64,000 bases of DNA from Hormiphora californensis (taxonomy: Eukaryota > Animalia > Ctenophora), in NCBI GenBank assembly GCA_020137815.1, contig CM035355.1:3658001-3722000 (forward strand), in the 5' to 3' direction. The notes under the pieces were generated by a model. That model saw only the letters and a list, made by a program, of their open reading frames with translations. It had not been told where the DNA came from and did no database searches. The position numbers and the translations under genes are program-made. Of this stretch, positions 41,770 through 63,340 are shown piece by piece (position 1 is the stretch's first letter; each line of letters begins with the position of its first letter).

Positions 41770-43750
41770 ATTAACAATTCATTGCAGGTGTCCTTACCTC
41801 CTGTACCCGTAGAACCACCTTCATACTGCCAGCTGGTGGACTGCCCCTTCCTAATCCAGCTGCTCGTCGGCTAAGCTTTTTGGCCAATATGCCCGGAGTC
41901 GAAGTCGGTCATGCCAAAGAATTCAAAACCGTTCTAGAGTTTTCATCAAGGCCAGCAAATTACGATATGAGCCGGGAGCTATTTTTCTTAGTCTTTAGTT
42001 TGCCTGTTTGCGGGAGCAGTATTCCTTTGGGGGCCTGTTAGCCCATATGTCCGTGAAGGCATCGGTATGATGTGAGACAGTCTTTGAATATTGGCTGGAT
42101 AGCTCTATTGAGAGTACCGGGCGATTCGTATCAAATGTTTGGGGTGGAGTGTCAAGGTGTTGGTGGTCGGGTGGACCTTCCGTGATGATCAAATTTCAAT
42201 TCACCATCTTATCATTTGCTGTGACCCTTGAGTGCTGAGATTGTCTCGGCTCTCCTGTATGTAGCAATGGTGTCTGCTTCCGTTGCCGTCGTGGACGATT
42301 GAGCCGGTGGTCGCTGCGTCTCGTGGCTGTCGTTTCGGTGATCCTACTATAGATTGGCTCGCTAAAACATTGAGGGGGGGGTCTCTTCTAGGTGGGGATC
42401 AAACCGTTCCGTTTTCACGACTGGCCGGGAGGTTTGGTGTATCTCGTGTTGACTTTCCCATTCTTTCATAGCTGGATCTCCTTTTTTGTTGGCGTGCGGC
42501 AGAACTGGGTGAGAGGAACTTGGTTTTTTTTTGTAATTTCTCTCTCTTCTTTGGTACTCCACCTCATCTTTTGACACCTACTGGGCACTACCTCTCGGGA
42601 CAATGCAAACGACAAGTGGTGAAGTTTCGTTAGTTTCCTTTTTCTAACTCCTAGCTTCGTCCTTTCCAAACCCATTTGTTTAATCGATTATCGGTCCGAG
42701 TGTCTGCGTTTGTATGTATCTCTCGGCTCGTTGCTTAGCTTTGGCCTTCTCTATCAAGTTGTATAATCATCTTTCATTGTGTTGTTTATTTCTGCTTTTT
42801 GCGGCTTGATTGAGAAAGGATGCTCTTTACACCATTCCTTCAATTGCTGATCATCTTTCCCAGTCGTTAACTGTTTTTCCTCCGTTATTGTCCTGATACT
42901 GCCCGGTGATAAGATCTGATGTTAAAGAGGGTGGTGTGTGATCTGAGAGAGCATTGGAATTGACCGTCCAACTTTCCACTTTGTTTTAGTAACCTGAGTG
43001 AGACGATGGTAAGGTCTATACGGAATATTGCCCTTGTTAGGGTCTTTTTCCCATGTGGGCCTCGTGCTGTGGTCCGATTTGAAGTGGTACGCGCTAGTGC
43101 TCGTTGCTTGTCAGATGAGAGTCAAAGTATCACCCCCCCTGTTGATGTATGTGAGTTCCCGCCAAAGCGTAATGGTGTGAATGATGTCCCCACCAATTAC
43201 AATGTCAGTCCGTTTGATTTGCCAGGTGCTGGCCCTGCGATGAGGATTGTCCCGGTGGTGCTAAGTTATCTCCGTTTCCCAGGAGACTGAACTAATGACC
43301 ATTATTCTTGCATTCTTATCTTGTCGCCCCTTTTGTGGCTGATTGTGGTATGTGGACCCCGGGGTTACAAAATCCTCGTCTGAGAGTGTCATCCATTCTT
43401 CACAGTGGTTTTCCCCCGCGACACCGTGGCATTATATACAGACTCCGTTACTGGCCTTTTAGGGTTGATCATTTTGCACCAGAGTCCCTTGGTGTGGAAT
43501 AACCACTTTGTGTCTGGCAGGAACGGTGTAGGGGGTCATGAGTCAGCCATATGGATTTCGATCCAGTGGTAGGGTTGTCTACTCCACCGGGCTGGTTTGT
43601 TGCAGTTGAGTTGGCTGAACTGTACGGTATTCCTTTCCCCATCCTATGCAGGAACCCTGAACAGAGAGGGGATCTGAATGGGTAGAAAATGTATGATATA
43701 ACCATTCTCAATCAGGTCGATCGAAGACGGGTTAAGAAAAGAAATGACGA
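41770..43750 (-). pseudogene. frameshifted or error-laden LINE (APE + start of RT)
   Basis: Minus-strand remnants IVIGGD, IDLTIVS, ALSDH, and L..LMKTLER, broken by many indels. Confidence 0.5.
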
Positions 43751-43819
43751 TTGTGATACCTGGGTAGACGTATGCGTGATAGTGTGATGGGTGTGTGTGG
43801 GTGGTTTGTGAGTGTCAGC

Positions 43820-46800
43820 ATTCTATTTTGTAAATGAATGACAGGCTGAGTAACAGCAATCCCTGTGTAAGAATGAGTGACAGGCTAGATTAACCTAATC
43901 TATGTGTAGATGAATGACATGCTGAGTACACAGCATCTATGTGGAGAATGATTGACAGGCTGAGTGAACCAGTCAATCTGTGTGTATTATGAATGACAGG
44001 CTGAGGTAAGCGCAAATCCATGTGTATCGTTATTTGAATGACAGGCTGAGTAACGCAATCCATTTGTATAATGAATGACGCGATTACATAATCATATTTG
44101 TAATGGTGACAGGCTGAGTACTACCGTCAAACTATGGTTGTATATGGGAATTAGAGGCTGATCACACCATCTATATTGTATGTGAATGGACAGGCTTCGT
44201 AAACAGCAATCCATGTGTAAGGAATGCACAAGATCTGTGTACGTATCTATGTGTAGAATGAATGACAGGCAGGCTAGTAAGCATTCCATCTATGTGTAGA
44301 ATGAATGACAGGCGTGGGTAACAGAAATCTATGTTTTTAAATGAATGACAGACGGAGTAATAGTAATCTAGGTGTAAATAATGACATACTGAAGTAACAG
44401 TCAATCCATGGTAGAATGATGACGACTGAGTAACATCAATCCATGTTATAATTATGAAGACATATACTGAGTACACAATCTATGTGTAGAATGATGACAG
44501 GCTGAGTAACAGCAATCTTGTGGTAGGGGATCAGTGAAATTACAGGCGTGTGTAACAGCATCCCTGTGGTAGAATGATTGACAGACTGATACATCAATCT
44601 CTGTTAGAGAGAATGACAGGCTGAGTACCTCTCAATCCCTGTTTCTAATGATTGACAGGCTGAGTTAACAGTAATCCATTTGTATAAGATGCAGACTGAG
44701 TGACAACAGCAACCATGTGTAGAATGAGTGACAGGCGAGTACAGCAATATATTTGTAGAATGAGTGACAGGCTGATTAACCGCAAATCTATGTTTAGAAG
44801 AGTGACGGCTGAGTAACAGCAATCCATGTGTATAGTGAGTGACAGACTGAGTGGACAGCACTCTATGTTAGAATGGATGAGCTGAGTACCATCAATCCAT
44901 GTGTACGAATGATGACCAGGCTGAGTGCAGCAATATGAAGCCATTTGTATAATGAATTGTCACAGGGCTGAGGAACTATGCAATCCATGTGTATAATGAA
45001 TGAGTACACTGGCTGCTTTATAATAGGACTGGCAGAGCAGGTTCTAGGCGTCTTTTACCGATTGCAAATAGACTAGCTTTTTTGTCGAATTCCGGTCTTG
45101 TCTTTGACTCTTGTTCGTTGATTGGGATGCTATCTGGGTCTTCTGTATACGATCTGGACAGGGAGATGCTGAGTGTGGTATGGGACTGGCAAGAAAATAA
45201 AATTAGAATTATGTTTGGCCCTATGGAAAATAGTGCAGTGTATGATATATTGAAGCCCTATGCTTTCAAAAACATTATCTATATGAAGAATGAATGGCAG
45301 CTGATAACAGCAATCCATGTGTAGAATGGATGACAGACTGTTAAACGCATCCAATTGTGAATAATGACATGCTGAGTAACAGCAATTTTGTGTAGCATGA
45401 TGACAGGCTGAGTAACAGCAATTCCATGTGTGAATTGATGACAAGACTGGTAACATTTATCTATGTGTAGAGTGATGACAACTGAGTAACAGCAACTCCA
45501 TGTGTAGAATAATGACAGAGCTGATTAACAGTATCCATATGTAGAATGAGATGACAGACTGAGTAACGCTAATCTGATGTGTAAATGAGATTGACAGGCT
45601 GATTAACCAGCATCATGTTATAGGGTGAAGTGATAATATGTGAGAATAGCAGCTGAGTAGTAACCAGTAGAGTGATCAGCGAGAGCATCCATGTGTATAA
45701 TGAATGACAGCTGATGATACAGCATCTATGTTAGAATGAATGACAGGCCTGAGTACAGCATCATGGTGAATGAGTGACGACTGATAACATGCAATCCGAT
45801 GTGTAGAGTGGATGCAGTGCTGAGTAACCGCAATCCTGTTGGTAGATGAATGACTGCTGAGTAATAGCAATCCATGGTGTAGAATGTAATGACAGAGCTG
45901 AGTAACAGCATCTGTGTAGATGAGTGACAGGCTGAGTACACACAATCATGTGTAGAAATGAGTGACAGGCTAGATAACTGCAAATCCATGTGTAGAATGA
46001 ATGCATCTGAGTAACAGCAATACTATTTTTAGAATGAATGACAAGGCTGAGTAAACCCGATCAATCTATGTGTAGAATGAGATGACAGACTGATCACAGC
46101 AATCTATGTTAGAATATGGACGGCATCTGAGTAACAGCAATCTATGTTGTTAGAATGATGACAGCTGAGTGTACAGCAATCCATGTGTAAGATACACTGC
46201 GTATAATAGGGACGGCAGGAGCGGTCTAGGACTCTTCCGATTCAATGACAGCTTTTTAGAGTTCCGGTCTTGTCTTTGACTCTTGTCTTTGATGGGATCA
46301 TTGGGGCCGCTAAGACTGGACAGGGGAGATCTGAGTGTAATGGACAGGCAAGAAAATAAAATATATATATGTTTGGGCCTATGAAAATATGCAGTGTAGT
46401 GATGATACTTGAATCCCTATGCTGTCAAAACATTAATCTATTTAGAATGAATGTACAGGCTGAGTATTAGCAACATGTATAAGATGAATGACAGCACTGA
46501 GAATAGAAATCATATGTGTAGATAATGACAGACTGAGTAACAGCGATCTATGTGTGTAGAATGAATGACAGGCTGAGTAACAGCATCCATGTGTAGAATG
46601 AGTGACAGACTGAGTAACAGCAATCCATGTGTATAATGAATGACAGCTCGATGATAACAGCAATCTGTGTATGAATGACAGGCTGAGTAACAGCAATCTA
46701 TGTGTAGAATGAGTGACAACTGAGTAACAGCAATCTATGTGTAGAATGAATGACAGCGGTACAGCAATCCATGTGTAGGTGATGACAGCTGAGAACAGCA

Positions 46801-49800
46801 ATCCATGTGTAGAGATGAGTGACAGCTTTAGTAACCGAAATCCATGTGTATAATGAATGACAGACTGAGTAACAGCAATCTATGTGTAGAATGAATGACA
46901 GGCTGAGTAACAGCAATCCATGTGTAAAGTGAGTGACAGGCTGAGTAACAGCAATCCCTTACGTGTAGAATGAGTGACAGACTGAGTACAGCATAATCTG
47001 AATGTGTAGAGTTAATGATGACAGACTGAGTTACAGCAATCCATGTGTAGAATGATGGGACAGACTGAGTAACAGCATCTATGTGTGAATGATGACAGGC
47101 TGAAGTTAACACACATCATGTGTACAGTGAATGTCAACGGCTGAGTACGTAAGTCTATGTGTAGAATATGACAGGACTGAGTCGGCAATCCATGTGTAGA
47201 ATGAGTGACATACTTAGTAACAGCAATCTATGTGTAGAATGAATGACAGGTGAGGACGTCGATAATGATGCAGACGAGACACATTATGTGTAGAATGAGT
47301 GACAGGCTGAGTGAACAGATCCATGTGTCATAAATGATGACAACACTGCGTACAATAAGGGACTGGCAGGAGCGAAGTCTCGGACTCTTACCCGATTCAA
47401 ATAGACAGCTTTGTAGAAGTCCGGTCTGTCTTGACTCTTGTCTTTGATTGGGGATGCTATCTGGGCCGGCTGATACGAGCTGGACAATGGGAGATCTGAG
47501 TGTATGGGACAAGGCAAGAAAATAAAATAGATAATATGTTGGGCCTATAAATAGTGCAGTTGGTAGTATGATAATTGAATACCTAGGCTGTCAAAACATT
47601 AATCTATTTATCAAGATGAATGACATGCTGAGTAGTCGCAAAAACTTGTAATAAGAATTATGACATACTGAGAATAGAAAATATATGTGTAGAATGAATG
47701 ACAGACTGTACAGCGATCTATGTGGGTATAATGAATTACAGCGAGTAACACAATCCATGTTTAGAATTAGTTGACAGACTGAGTAACAGCATCCCTGTGT
47801 ATAATTGAATGACAGCTGCGTAACAGCAATCCATGTTTAGAATGAATGCCAGGCGAGTAACGCAATCTATTGTAGAATGAGTGACAGACTGAGTACCAGC
47901 AATCTATGTGTAGAATAAATGACAGGCTGAGTAACAGCAAGCCATGTGTAGAGTGAGTGGACAGGCTAGTACAGCAAATCTATGTGTAGAGTGAGTTGAC
48001 AGGCTGAGTAACAGCAATCCATGAGTGTATAATAATGACAAGACGAGTCACAGAGCAATTCTATTTGTAGAAGAATGACAGGCTGAGTAACAGCATCCAT
48101 GTGTAGAGTGAGTGACAGCCTGAGTACAGCAATCTCTTGTAGATTGGATGACATGGCTGAGTGCCGCAATCCATGTGTAGAATGAGTGACAGACGAGTGC
48201 GCATCCATGTGTAAATGAGTGACAGGCTGGTAACAGTAATCCACTGTGTAGAGTGAATGAAGACTGAGTAATTAATCTATGTGTAGAATAACATGACAGG
48301 CTGAGTAACAGCAATCCATGTTTAGAGAATACCGGCTGATAACAGCAATCCATGTGTAGAATGAATGACGGCTGAGTAACAGCAATCTAGTGTAGAATGA
48401 GTGGACAGGCTGGTAACAGCAATCCATGTGTAAGAATGAGTTACATGCTTATTTACGCAAATCTATTGTGGGTAGAATGGATTACGGCTGAGTAACAGCA
48501 ATCCTGTGTAGATGAATACAGACTGAGTAACCGCAATCCATGTGTTAGAATGACTGACAGGATAGTAACAGCATCTATGTGTAGAATGAGTGAACATGCT
48601 GAGTAACAGTGCCAATCCATGTGTAGAAAATGTAGGAACGGGCTGAGTAACAGGCAATATATGTTAGAAGGAATGGCATACTGAGTAACACAAACTATGT
48701 GTAGAATGAAGACAGACTGAGTAACAGCAAACTAGTGTAGATGGATAACAGACTGCGTAACAGCAATCTATGTGTGTAGAAATGAAGGACATGGCTGAGT
48801 CCAATCTTGTGTTAGTGAATGAATGACAATGCTGAGTACAGCAATCCATGTGTAGAATGCATGAAGGCTGGAGTAACAGCAATCTTGTGTAGAGTGAGTG
48901 ACCAGGCTGAGTAACAGCAATCCATGTGTAGCATGAATGACTGCTGAGTAACAGCAAACCATGTGTAGAATAAATGGGCAGGCTGAAGTAACAGCAATGC
49001 CATGTGTAGAATGAATGGCGGCTATTAACACAATTCCATGTGTAGACTGAGTGACAGGCTGAGTAACAGCAATCCATGTGTATAATGAATGAACAAGACT
49101 GAGTGACAGCATCCATGTGTAGAATGAGTGACAGGCTGATAACAGTAATCTATGTGTAGAATTGAATGACAGGGCTGAGTATCTGCAACCATGTGTAGAA
49201 TGAGTGACAAGGCTTAGTAACACAATCTATGTGTAGAATGAGTGACAGCTGAGTACAGTAATCATGTGTAGAATTAGTGACAGGCTTGAGTAACAGCAAT
49301 ATTGTGTGAGAATGTGAATGACAATGTGAGTAACAGTAATCTATGTGTTAAATGATGACAGACTGAGTGACAGCATCTGTATGTAGAATGATTGACAGGC
49401 TGAGTAACATTAAATCTAGTGTAGAGTGAACGAACGGCTGAAGTTAACAGCAATCCATGTTGTAGAATGATGACAGACTGAGTAACAGCAATCCATGTGT
49501 AGAATGAGTGACAGGCTGAGTAACCGCAATCCATGTGTAGAATGATGACAGACTGAGTGACAATCTAATCCATGTGTGACTGAGTGACAGACTGATTAAC
49601 ATCAATCTATGTGTAGAATGAATGACAGGCTGAGTAACCGTCAATCCATGTGTGAGTGAATGAACGGCTGCTAACACAGTAATCTATGTGTAGATTGGAT
49701 GACAGCTGATAACGCAATCCATGTGTAGAACTGAATTGACAGGCTGATAACAGCAATCCTGTGTGAAGAGTGACCGACTGATTAACACATCGATTGTAGA

Positions 49801-52800
49801 ATGAAGTGACAGACTGAGTGACAAGCAATCCATGTGTAGAATGATTGACAGGCTGAGTAACACAATCCATGTGTAGAATGATTCAGGCTGAGTAACCATT
49901 AATCTATGTGTAAGTGAAGACAGACTGAGTTAACAGTAATCTATTGTAGAATAGTGACAGGCTGAGTGACAGCAATCCAGTGTAGAGTTGAATACAGACT
50001 TAGTAACAGCAATCCATGTGGAGAATGATGACAGGCTGAGTAACAGTACTCATGTGTAGAATGGATGACAGACTGAGTAATAGTATCTATCTATGTGTAG
50101 AATGAATGACAGCTGGTAAACAGCAATCAAATGTGTAGAAATGAGTGACAGACTGAGTAACGTAATCCATGTGTCGAATGGAGTGACAGCTGAGTAACAT
50201 AATCCCATGTGTAGAGTGATGGACAGTCTGAGTAACAGCCATCCATGTGTAGAATGAATGACGCTTAGTAACAGCAATCTATGGTAAATGAGTGACAGGC
50301 TGAGTAACACAGCAATCCCTGTGTAGAATGATGACAAGGCTGAGTAACAGCAATTCTATGTGTAGATGGATGACAGGCTGGTACAGCAATCCATTGTGGT
50401 AAAAGGTGAATGACAGACTGAGTAACAGCAATCCATTTGTAGAATGACTGACAGGCTGAGTACAGCAATCTATTGTAGAATGAGTGACAGGCTGAGTAAC
50501 AGCAATCCATGTTTAGATATGAAACAGGCTGAGTAACAGCAATATATGTGTGAATGATGGCAGACTGAGTACAGCAAACTATGTGTAAATGAATGACAGA
50601 CTGATTAACAGCAAACTATGTGTATAATGGATGACAGACTGCAGTAACAGCAATCTATGTGTGGTAGAAATTAGACATGCTGAGTAACAGCAATCTATGT
50701 GGTGTAGATGAATGACATGCTGAGTAACAGCAATCCATGTGTAGTAATGAATGACAGGCTGAGTACAGCACTCTATGTGTAGAGTGCGACAGGCCTGAGT
50801 AACGCAACCATGTGTAGAATGAAATACAGGCTGAGTAACACAAACCTGTGGTAGAATAAATGGCCCAGGCTGAGTAACAGCAATCCATGTGTTAGAATGA
50901 ATGGCAGGCCTAGTAACAGCAGATCCTGGGTAGAATGAGTGACAGGCTGAGTAACACATCCATTGTGAATGAATGACAGACTGGTGACATCAATCCATGT
51001 TGTAGAATGAGTGACAGGCTGAGTAACGTAATCTATTTGTAGAATGAATGACAGCTGAGTAAACAGCAATCCAGTGGGTGATGAGTGACAGGCTGAGTAC
51101 CAGCAATCCTATGTGTAGAATGAGTGACGGCCGGAGTAACATATCTATGTGTAGAATGAGTGACAAGGCTGAGTACAGCAATCCCTGTGTATAATGATGA
51201 CCGACCTTAGTGACAGCAATCTATGTGTAGAATGAATGAACAGGCGGATAACAAGCAACCATGTGGAGAATGAGTGACCGGCTTAATTACAGTAATCTAT
51301 GGGTTGAATAGAGGTGTAAGACCATGAAAGTCCGGTGAGTAACAGCAAACTGTGTATAATGAGTTGACAGACGTGAGTAACGCATCATGGTAGAATGAGT
51401 GAACAGGACTGAGTAACAGCAATCTATGTGTAGACTGAGTGACAGGACTGAGTACAGCAATCAATGTGTAGAATGAATGACGGTGAGTGTAACAGCAATC
51501 CATGTGTAGAATGATTGACAGGCTGAGTAACAGTCAATCTATGTGTAGAGTGAATGACGGCTGAGTACAGCAATCCATGTGTAATGAGTACATGTACGAA
51601 TCCTTTGAGTGTCAGACGAAGTAACAGCAATCCATGTGTAGAATGAGATGACAGCACTGCTGACCAAGCCATCTTGTGAGAATGAATGAAGGCGACGATA
51701 CGCAACATGTGTGAATGAAGACAGCTGAGTAACAGCACATCCATGTGTAGACGTGACTGACGGCTGGAGTAAACAGTACTCTCTGTGTAGTGAATGAGTG
51801 TGGTATCAGTACTGAGTGACAAGCGCACGCATCCATGTGTAGACATGATGACAGGCTGAGTCCACACATCCTATGTGTAGACATGAATGGACAGCGATGA
51901 CAGCATCATGTGTACACTGATGAAGAGGTGCACCTTGTGTTACTGAGACAGGTGAGTAACGCAATCCATGTGTGAGTTAATGAGACGGCTGACGTTAACA
52001 GATCGGAGGATCCTGAGTGTTAGAGAAAGGAGCGGTGAGACAATCTGATGATGAGGATGGAATGACACTCGACCTGGTAAAGAATCATAAGAGATGAGGA
52101 ACCAGCGACATTCGGTAGAATGAAACGAAAAGTAAAGGAAAAGTTCCGGTGAGTGGAGACGCACAGGCAAATTGGTAATAATGGGACGAAGCTGAAGATA
52201 CAGGCAGACGCGCCAGATGGCGTGGACGACTGAGGAAAGCTGAGAAAAGTAGTCCGACAGGAGAAAGTAGAACGCATCGAAGCGGAAGACATGAGAATAA
52301 GAATCGTATGGAGAATCCGAAGATGACAGGAACCTGACGCGTGAGAGTCAGAATCTATGTGTAGTGACTGAAGACAGCGGTAACAGTAATATACTGTGTA
52401 GAATGAATACAGGCTGAGTGAACAGCAATCCATTGAAGAGAGACGGCTTAGAGCTAGGACCCAGTGACGCGAATGGGCACGGACCGGGGGATCATGGAGG
52501 AACACAGACCAGTGAGAGGTAGAAGATGAGGGAGAGGGCTGCGTGAAAGTAACATCGAGGTAGGGGGGATGGTTGAAAAGCGGAATGTAAGACAGTGGCA
52601 GGAAGAGGATAAGATGGTAACAGGAAATCAGGAAGGATGATGGGCAGGCCGGTATGGACCTAGGAGTCCATAAAAAGGTGAATGCTGTAGGGTGAGTAAG
52701 AGGAATCAATGTGTCGAAGAATGACAGGCTGTCACACAATCCATGTGTTAATTAATGACAGGACCTGAAGTAACAGCAATCATGTTTAGAATGAAAACAC

Positions 52801-53050
52801 GGATTGAGGATAATACAGCAAATCATGTGTAGATGTGAATGACAGACTGTGTAACAGGCCCAATCCATGTTATACTGAATGACAGGACCTGTGTAACAGC
52901 AATCCATGTGTACAATGTAATGACGTTGAGTATAACAGCATCTAGTGGTACAATGAATGAAGACTGAAGTACAGCAATCTTGTGTACAATGAACTGACAG
53001 ACTGAGAACAGAATCTATGTGTCCAATGAATACTGACTGCGAAACTTGTA
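43820..53050. repeat. 38-bp satellite array (GAGTAACAGCAATCCATGTGTAGAATGAATGACAGGCT) with an interspersed ~270-bp module
   Basis: About 9 kb of tandem copies with a high indel rate. The module occurs at ~45005-45285, 46193-46445 and 47343-47610, with a variant at ~53040-53180. Confidence 0.9.
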
Positions 53051-53478
53051 TAGACAGAGACCTGATTCTTACCGATTTGTCTGGGTTAGAAGTCCAGTCT
53101 TTACTATGTCTCTTGTCTTTGACTGGGGATGCTAGCTGGATAGGTTCAGGGTTGGGAAGTGGTAAGAGAAGCAAGAACCACTAACAGACTAAGGATAAAG
53201 CTGAAAAGACTAAGGATACAGCTGAAAAGAACCGACTATGCAACTGGCAACTACAAAACTAAGCACTCTGACCAAGAGGCCAGAGAGTCGAAGAGAAGGT
53301 GTACAAAACACACAGATCGAAACTCCTCAAATCGGCACCTAACAGGGAGGAAGATAAAGCCAGCGGCAGGAGAGCAAGAGCACTAACCCAACGGAGGGAA
53401 GACCAGAAGGAAAAGGAAACTGGAAGGAAACGTACTGCCGAGGGAGCAGGGCAAGAGAGAGAAAACGGGAGAGAGAGA

Positions 53479-53519
<41 letters not shown>

Positions 53520-53563
53520 TTAGAGAGAGTGAGGAGAGAGAGTAGAGAGAAGAGAAGAGAGAT

Positions 53564-53603
<40 letters not shown>

Positions 53604-54324
53604 AGCACAACAACAATAACACGGGGCAAAGTCAAAACAACACCTGGGAACCCGATTGACTGCCACACCGAACTGCAGGAAGGGGACTGGGGAGCTGCCG
53701 GTCGCCGGATATGGTCTGGACGGTTGACTCTGGATGGAGACTCAGAGATGGTACTGATTGAGCTAATAAGGTTCCACCTGCCCAGGTCCAGGAAAGTGCC
53801 CTGTAATTGAGCTTGTCCTGAAATGTTCTGAGAATTGCTAAAGTCAATAAATACGATAACTGGGAGACTCATATTAATCCCAAATATTAAGGAAGGGGGG
53901 GTTAGGGGGATTGTGAAATATGCATGAGGCGCCAAGCATGAGGCGCACCCTTCCCTCTCTTATCCACCGTCTCCGCCTCAATCCGGAAGCCCCGTGCTAA
54001 AAAGTAAGGATCTAAATCCTAAATACTGAGAAGGGTAGAAGTGACCTGAGAAAAACTGCTGGAGGTAAGATATGCCGTACCTGAGAGGAATAAAAAATAA
54101 GGGAACTTACCGGAAGAAAAGAACAAAACACAGCGCTCTCCCTACACACTCCTCCTACTAAAACCCAAATACCCTCCAAAAAACCTGCTCTAGAGAAAGG
54201 GGTACACTACTCCTAGAAAGAGAGGGAAACTAGACAGAAACAAGAAAAAAAAAAGAAAAAAAGGGCCCTGACAAGAGAAACACAAGTGCCTTACTACTCA
54301 ATGAATGACAATAACATAACAGCC

Positions 54325-54472
54325 TGACAACTACGACAGAATACACCAGACTGACAACTACGACAGAATACAACAGACTGACAACTACGACAGAATACAA
54401 CAGACTGCCAACTACGACAGAATTCAACAGACTGACAACTACGACAGAATACAACAGACTGACAACTACGAC
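54325..54472. repeat. 27-bp minisatellite (GACTGACAACTACGACAGAATACAACA)
   Basis: 5-6 tandem copies. Confidence 0.9.
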
Positions 54473-55825
54473 AATCTTATCTGATTTGTTGCGATGAATG
54501 CTTGTGGCTTTGATGTAACCATCTGCAGATGTGGTTGAATCTTGGGTCCTCGTCCGCAGAGATCCGGATACACACACACACATTTCTCTCACACTATGTA
54601 ATCACTGATACTCTCTCGAGGTATACAACATTTCACAAGGGGGGGGTAAGAGCCCCATAAACAAAACGTACAAGAAATTTGGCAGTCAATGTCACGCGAT
54701 ACCTCCACTCGTTATAAAAAACAAAGAGACGAAAGAGAGAAAACGGTGAGAGAGAGAAAACCAAGTACTAGAGAGAGATCACGAAGAGAAAACACCGGCG
54801 GCAACAGCCGGTAAATATCTTATCTCCATTTGTGATTATATTTGCAGGGTGTGTATTATACTGATTAGGGAACATATCGGGTTACTAGGTTGCAACTGTT
54901 CACGAATGGCCCATTCGTCGAATGGGGGGGGGGGGTCATCAGATAAGTTGTTGAGACAACAACAGATAAGAGAGCAACTCTGCGTAAACATATGCACCAA
55001 CACATCTGACACCCAACATCCCAGTGAAGCTTGTATTAGAAAAGATTTCTCTTTTCTTATTAAAGACCGGGCCGAAGTAGTATGACAAACCATCCCCTAC
55101 TGACCTCTCTCTCTCTCTCTCTCTCCTGACTCTCCCACCCCGTATAACCCAGCCACTTTTGTCGACACGCTAGTGTCTCCTTTAGTAGACATTGGCTAGG
55201 TTATATGGATGCAATGGGGATAATTCTAGGAAAAAAGAAGGCTGGGGTTATTGAGAAGCCTAGGTTACAGGACCTAACTAGGTTACAAAGAGCCTAGGCC
55301 CTAGAGGTATCATGTGACATGATAGGGGAGCCAATAAAACATACAATTTTCTCACTATCCAAAACTAGCATAATATCATTAAGTTAGCACTGGGACTAAG
55401 GGAACTGCATAGCAGGTGGACGGCTCTGTAAGATAGCAAGTGTATTTTCTCAAAACTATATGAACACAGTTCAACTCAAATTTACAGACTGCAGGTAGGA
55501 TCTATTTTTCGTTGCTTCGCTAGCTCGGAGGGGGCAGGGTTCGAAATTCGAACTCTCACGCATGCTGCGTGATATTCCTGAGTCTAGTGAATCTCCCCTC
55601 TACTTCTATTCTCCTCTAGACACAGATCCTCTTTCTTCTTCTCTCTCTCCCTATATTTTTCTTCTCTCTCACTCCCTCTTTAATGTTTCTATTTGTCTAG
55701 AGCAAAAGGACCCGAAAAGGATCAGAAATCGACCGTCGCGACTTTTCGTCCTTTTCTATGTTTATTTTAGTTGGCTTGAGGAATTTTCTACTGCCACTAG
55801 CAACAAAGAGAGAGGGAGAGAGAGG

Positions 55826-55927
<102 letters not shown>

Positions 55928-55952
55928 GGGACGATTTAGTTTACATCCTCTC

Positions 55953-56111
55953 TAGTGGAAGCTCTTACGGTTTTTCCTACGGGCGCCGCGCGTGCTCGGC
56001 TTAAATCCTGTGCTCTGATTGGCTGAAATTTCGTGCGCTCGAAATTTCAGCCAATCACAGCTCAGGATTTGAGCTGCAAACGCGTGGGAAAAACCGTAAG
56101 AGCTTCCACTA
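55953..56111. mobile_element. MITE with TAG...CTA termini and 3-bp target duplication CTC (Academ-like)
   Basis: TAGTGGAAGCTCTTACGGTTTTTCC pairs with GGAAAAACCGTAAGAGCTTCCACTA. The superfamily is inferred from the termini and duplication length. Confidence 0.7.
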
Positions 56112-56482
56112 CTCCTTTTAAACAGTTTTTTTCTATCATACCATATTTTACTGATCATAAGTGATTCAGAGAGAAAGAAAGGGAGAGAAAACGCGAGGGA
56201 AACTAAGAAGGGAGAGAAGAAAATGAATACTTGAACCTTGGCAGCTTGAGAGATGGAAAGTTACCAGGCATCTTCATAATTTATCAAAAGAAAGGTAAAT
56301 TGCTATACGCAAGTTTAACGGTTAGCTTGTAAAATCAAAATATTTATGAGGAACGCGGTGGTTAAAAAACTAACATATAAATTCGGACCCCAATGTACCA
56401 TATTGCTCGGGGAAAGGGTTTTGCCCAGTAAATCGGGGTGCCCGGGGTCCTATAATATTAAAATAAACTTATCATAACATAC

Positions 56483-63340
<6,858 letters not shown>

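Noticed and set aside
43820-53050. Dozens of Cys/His-rich minus-strand ORFs
   Set aside because: They are artefacts of the 38-bp satellite (not a multiple of 3, many indels).
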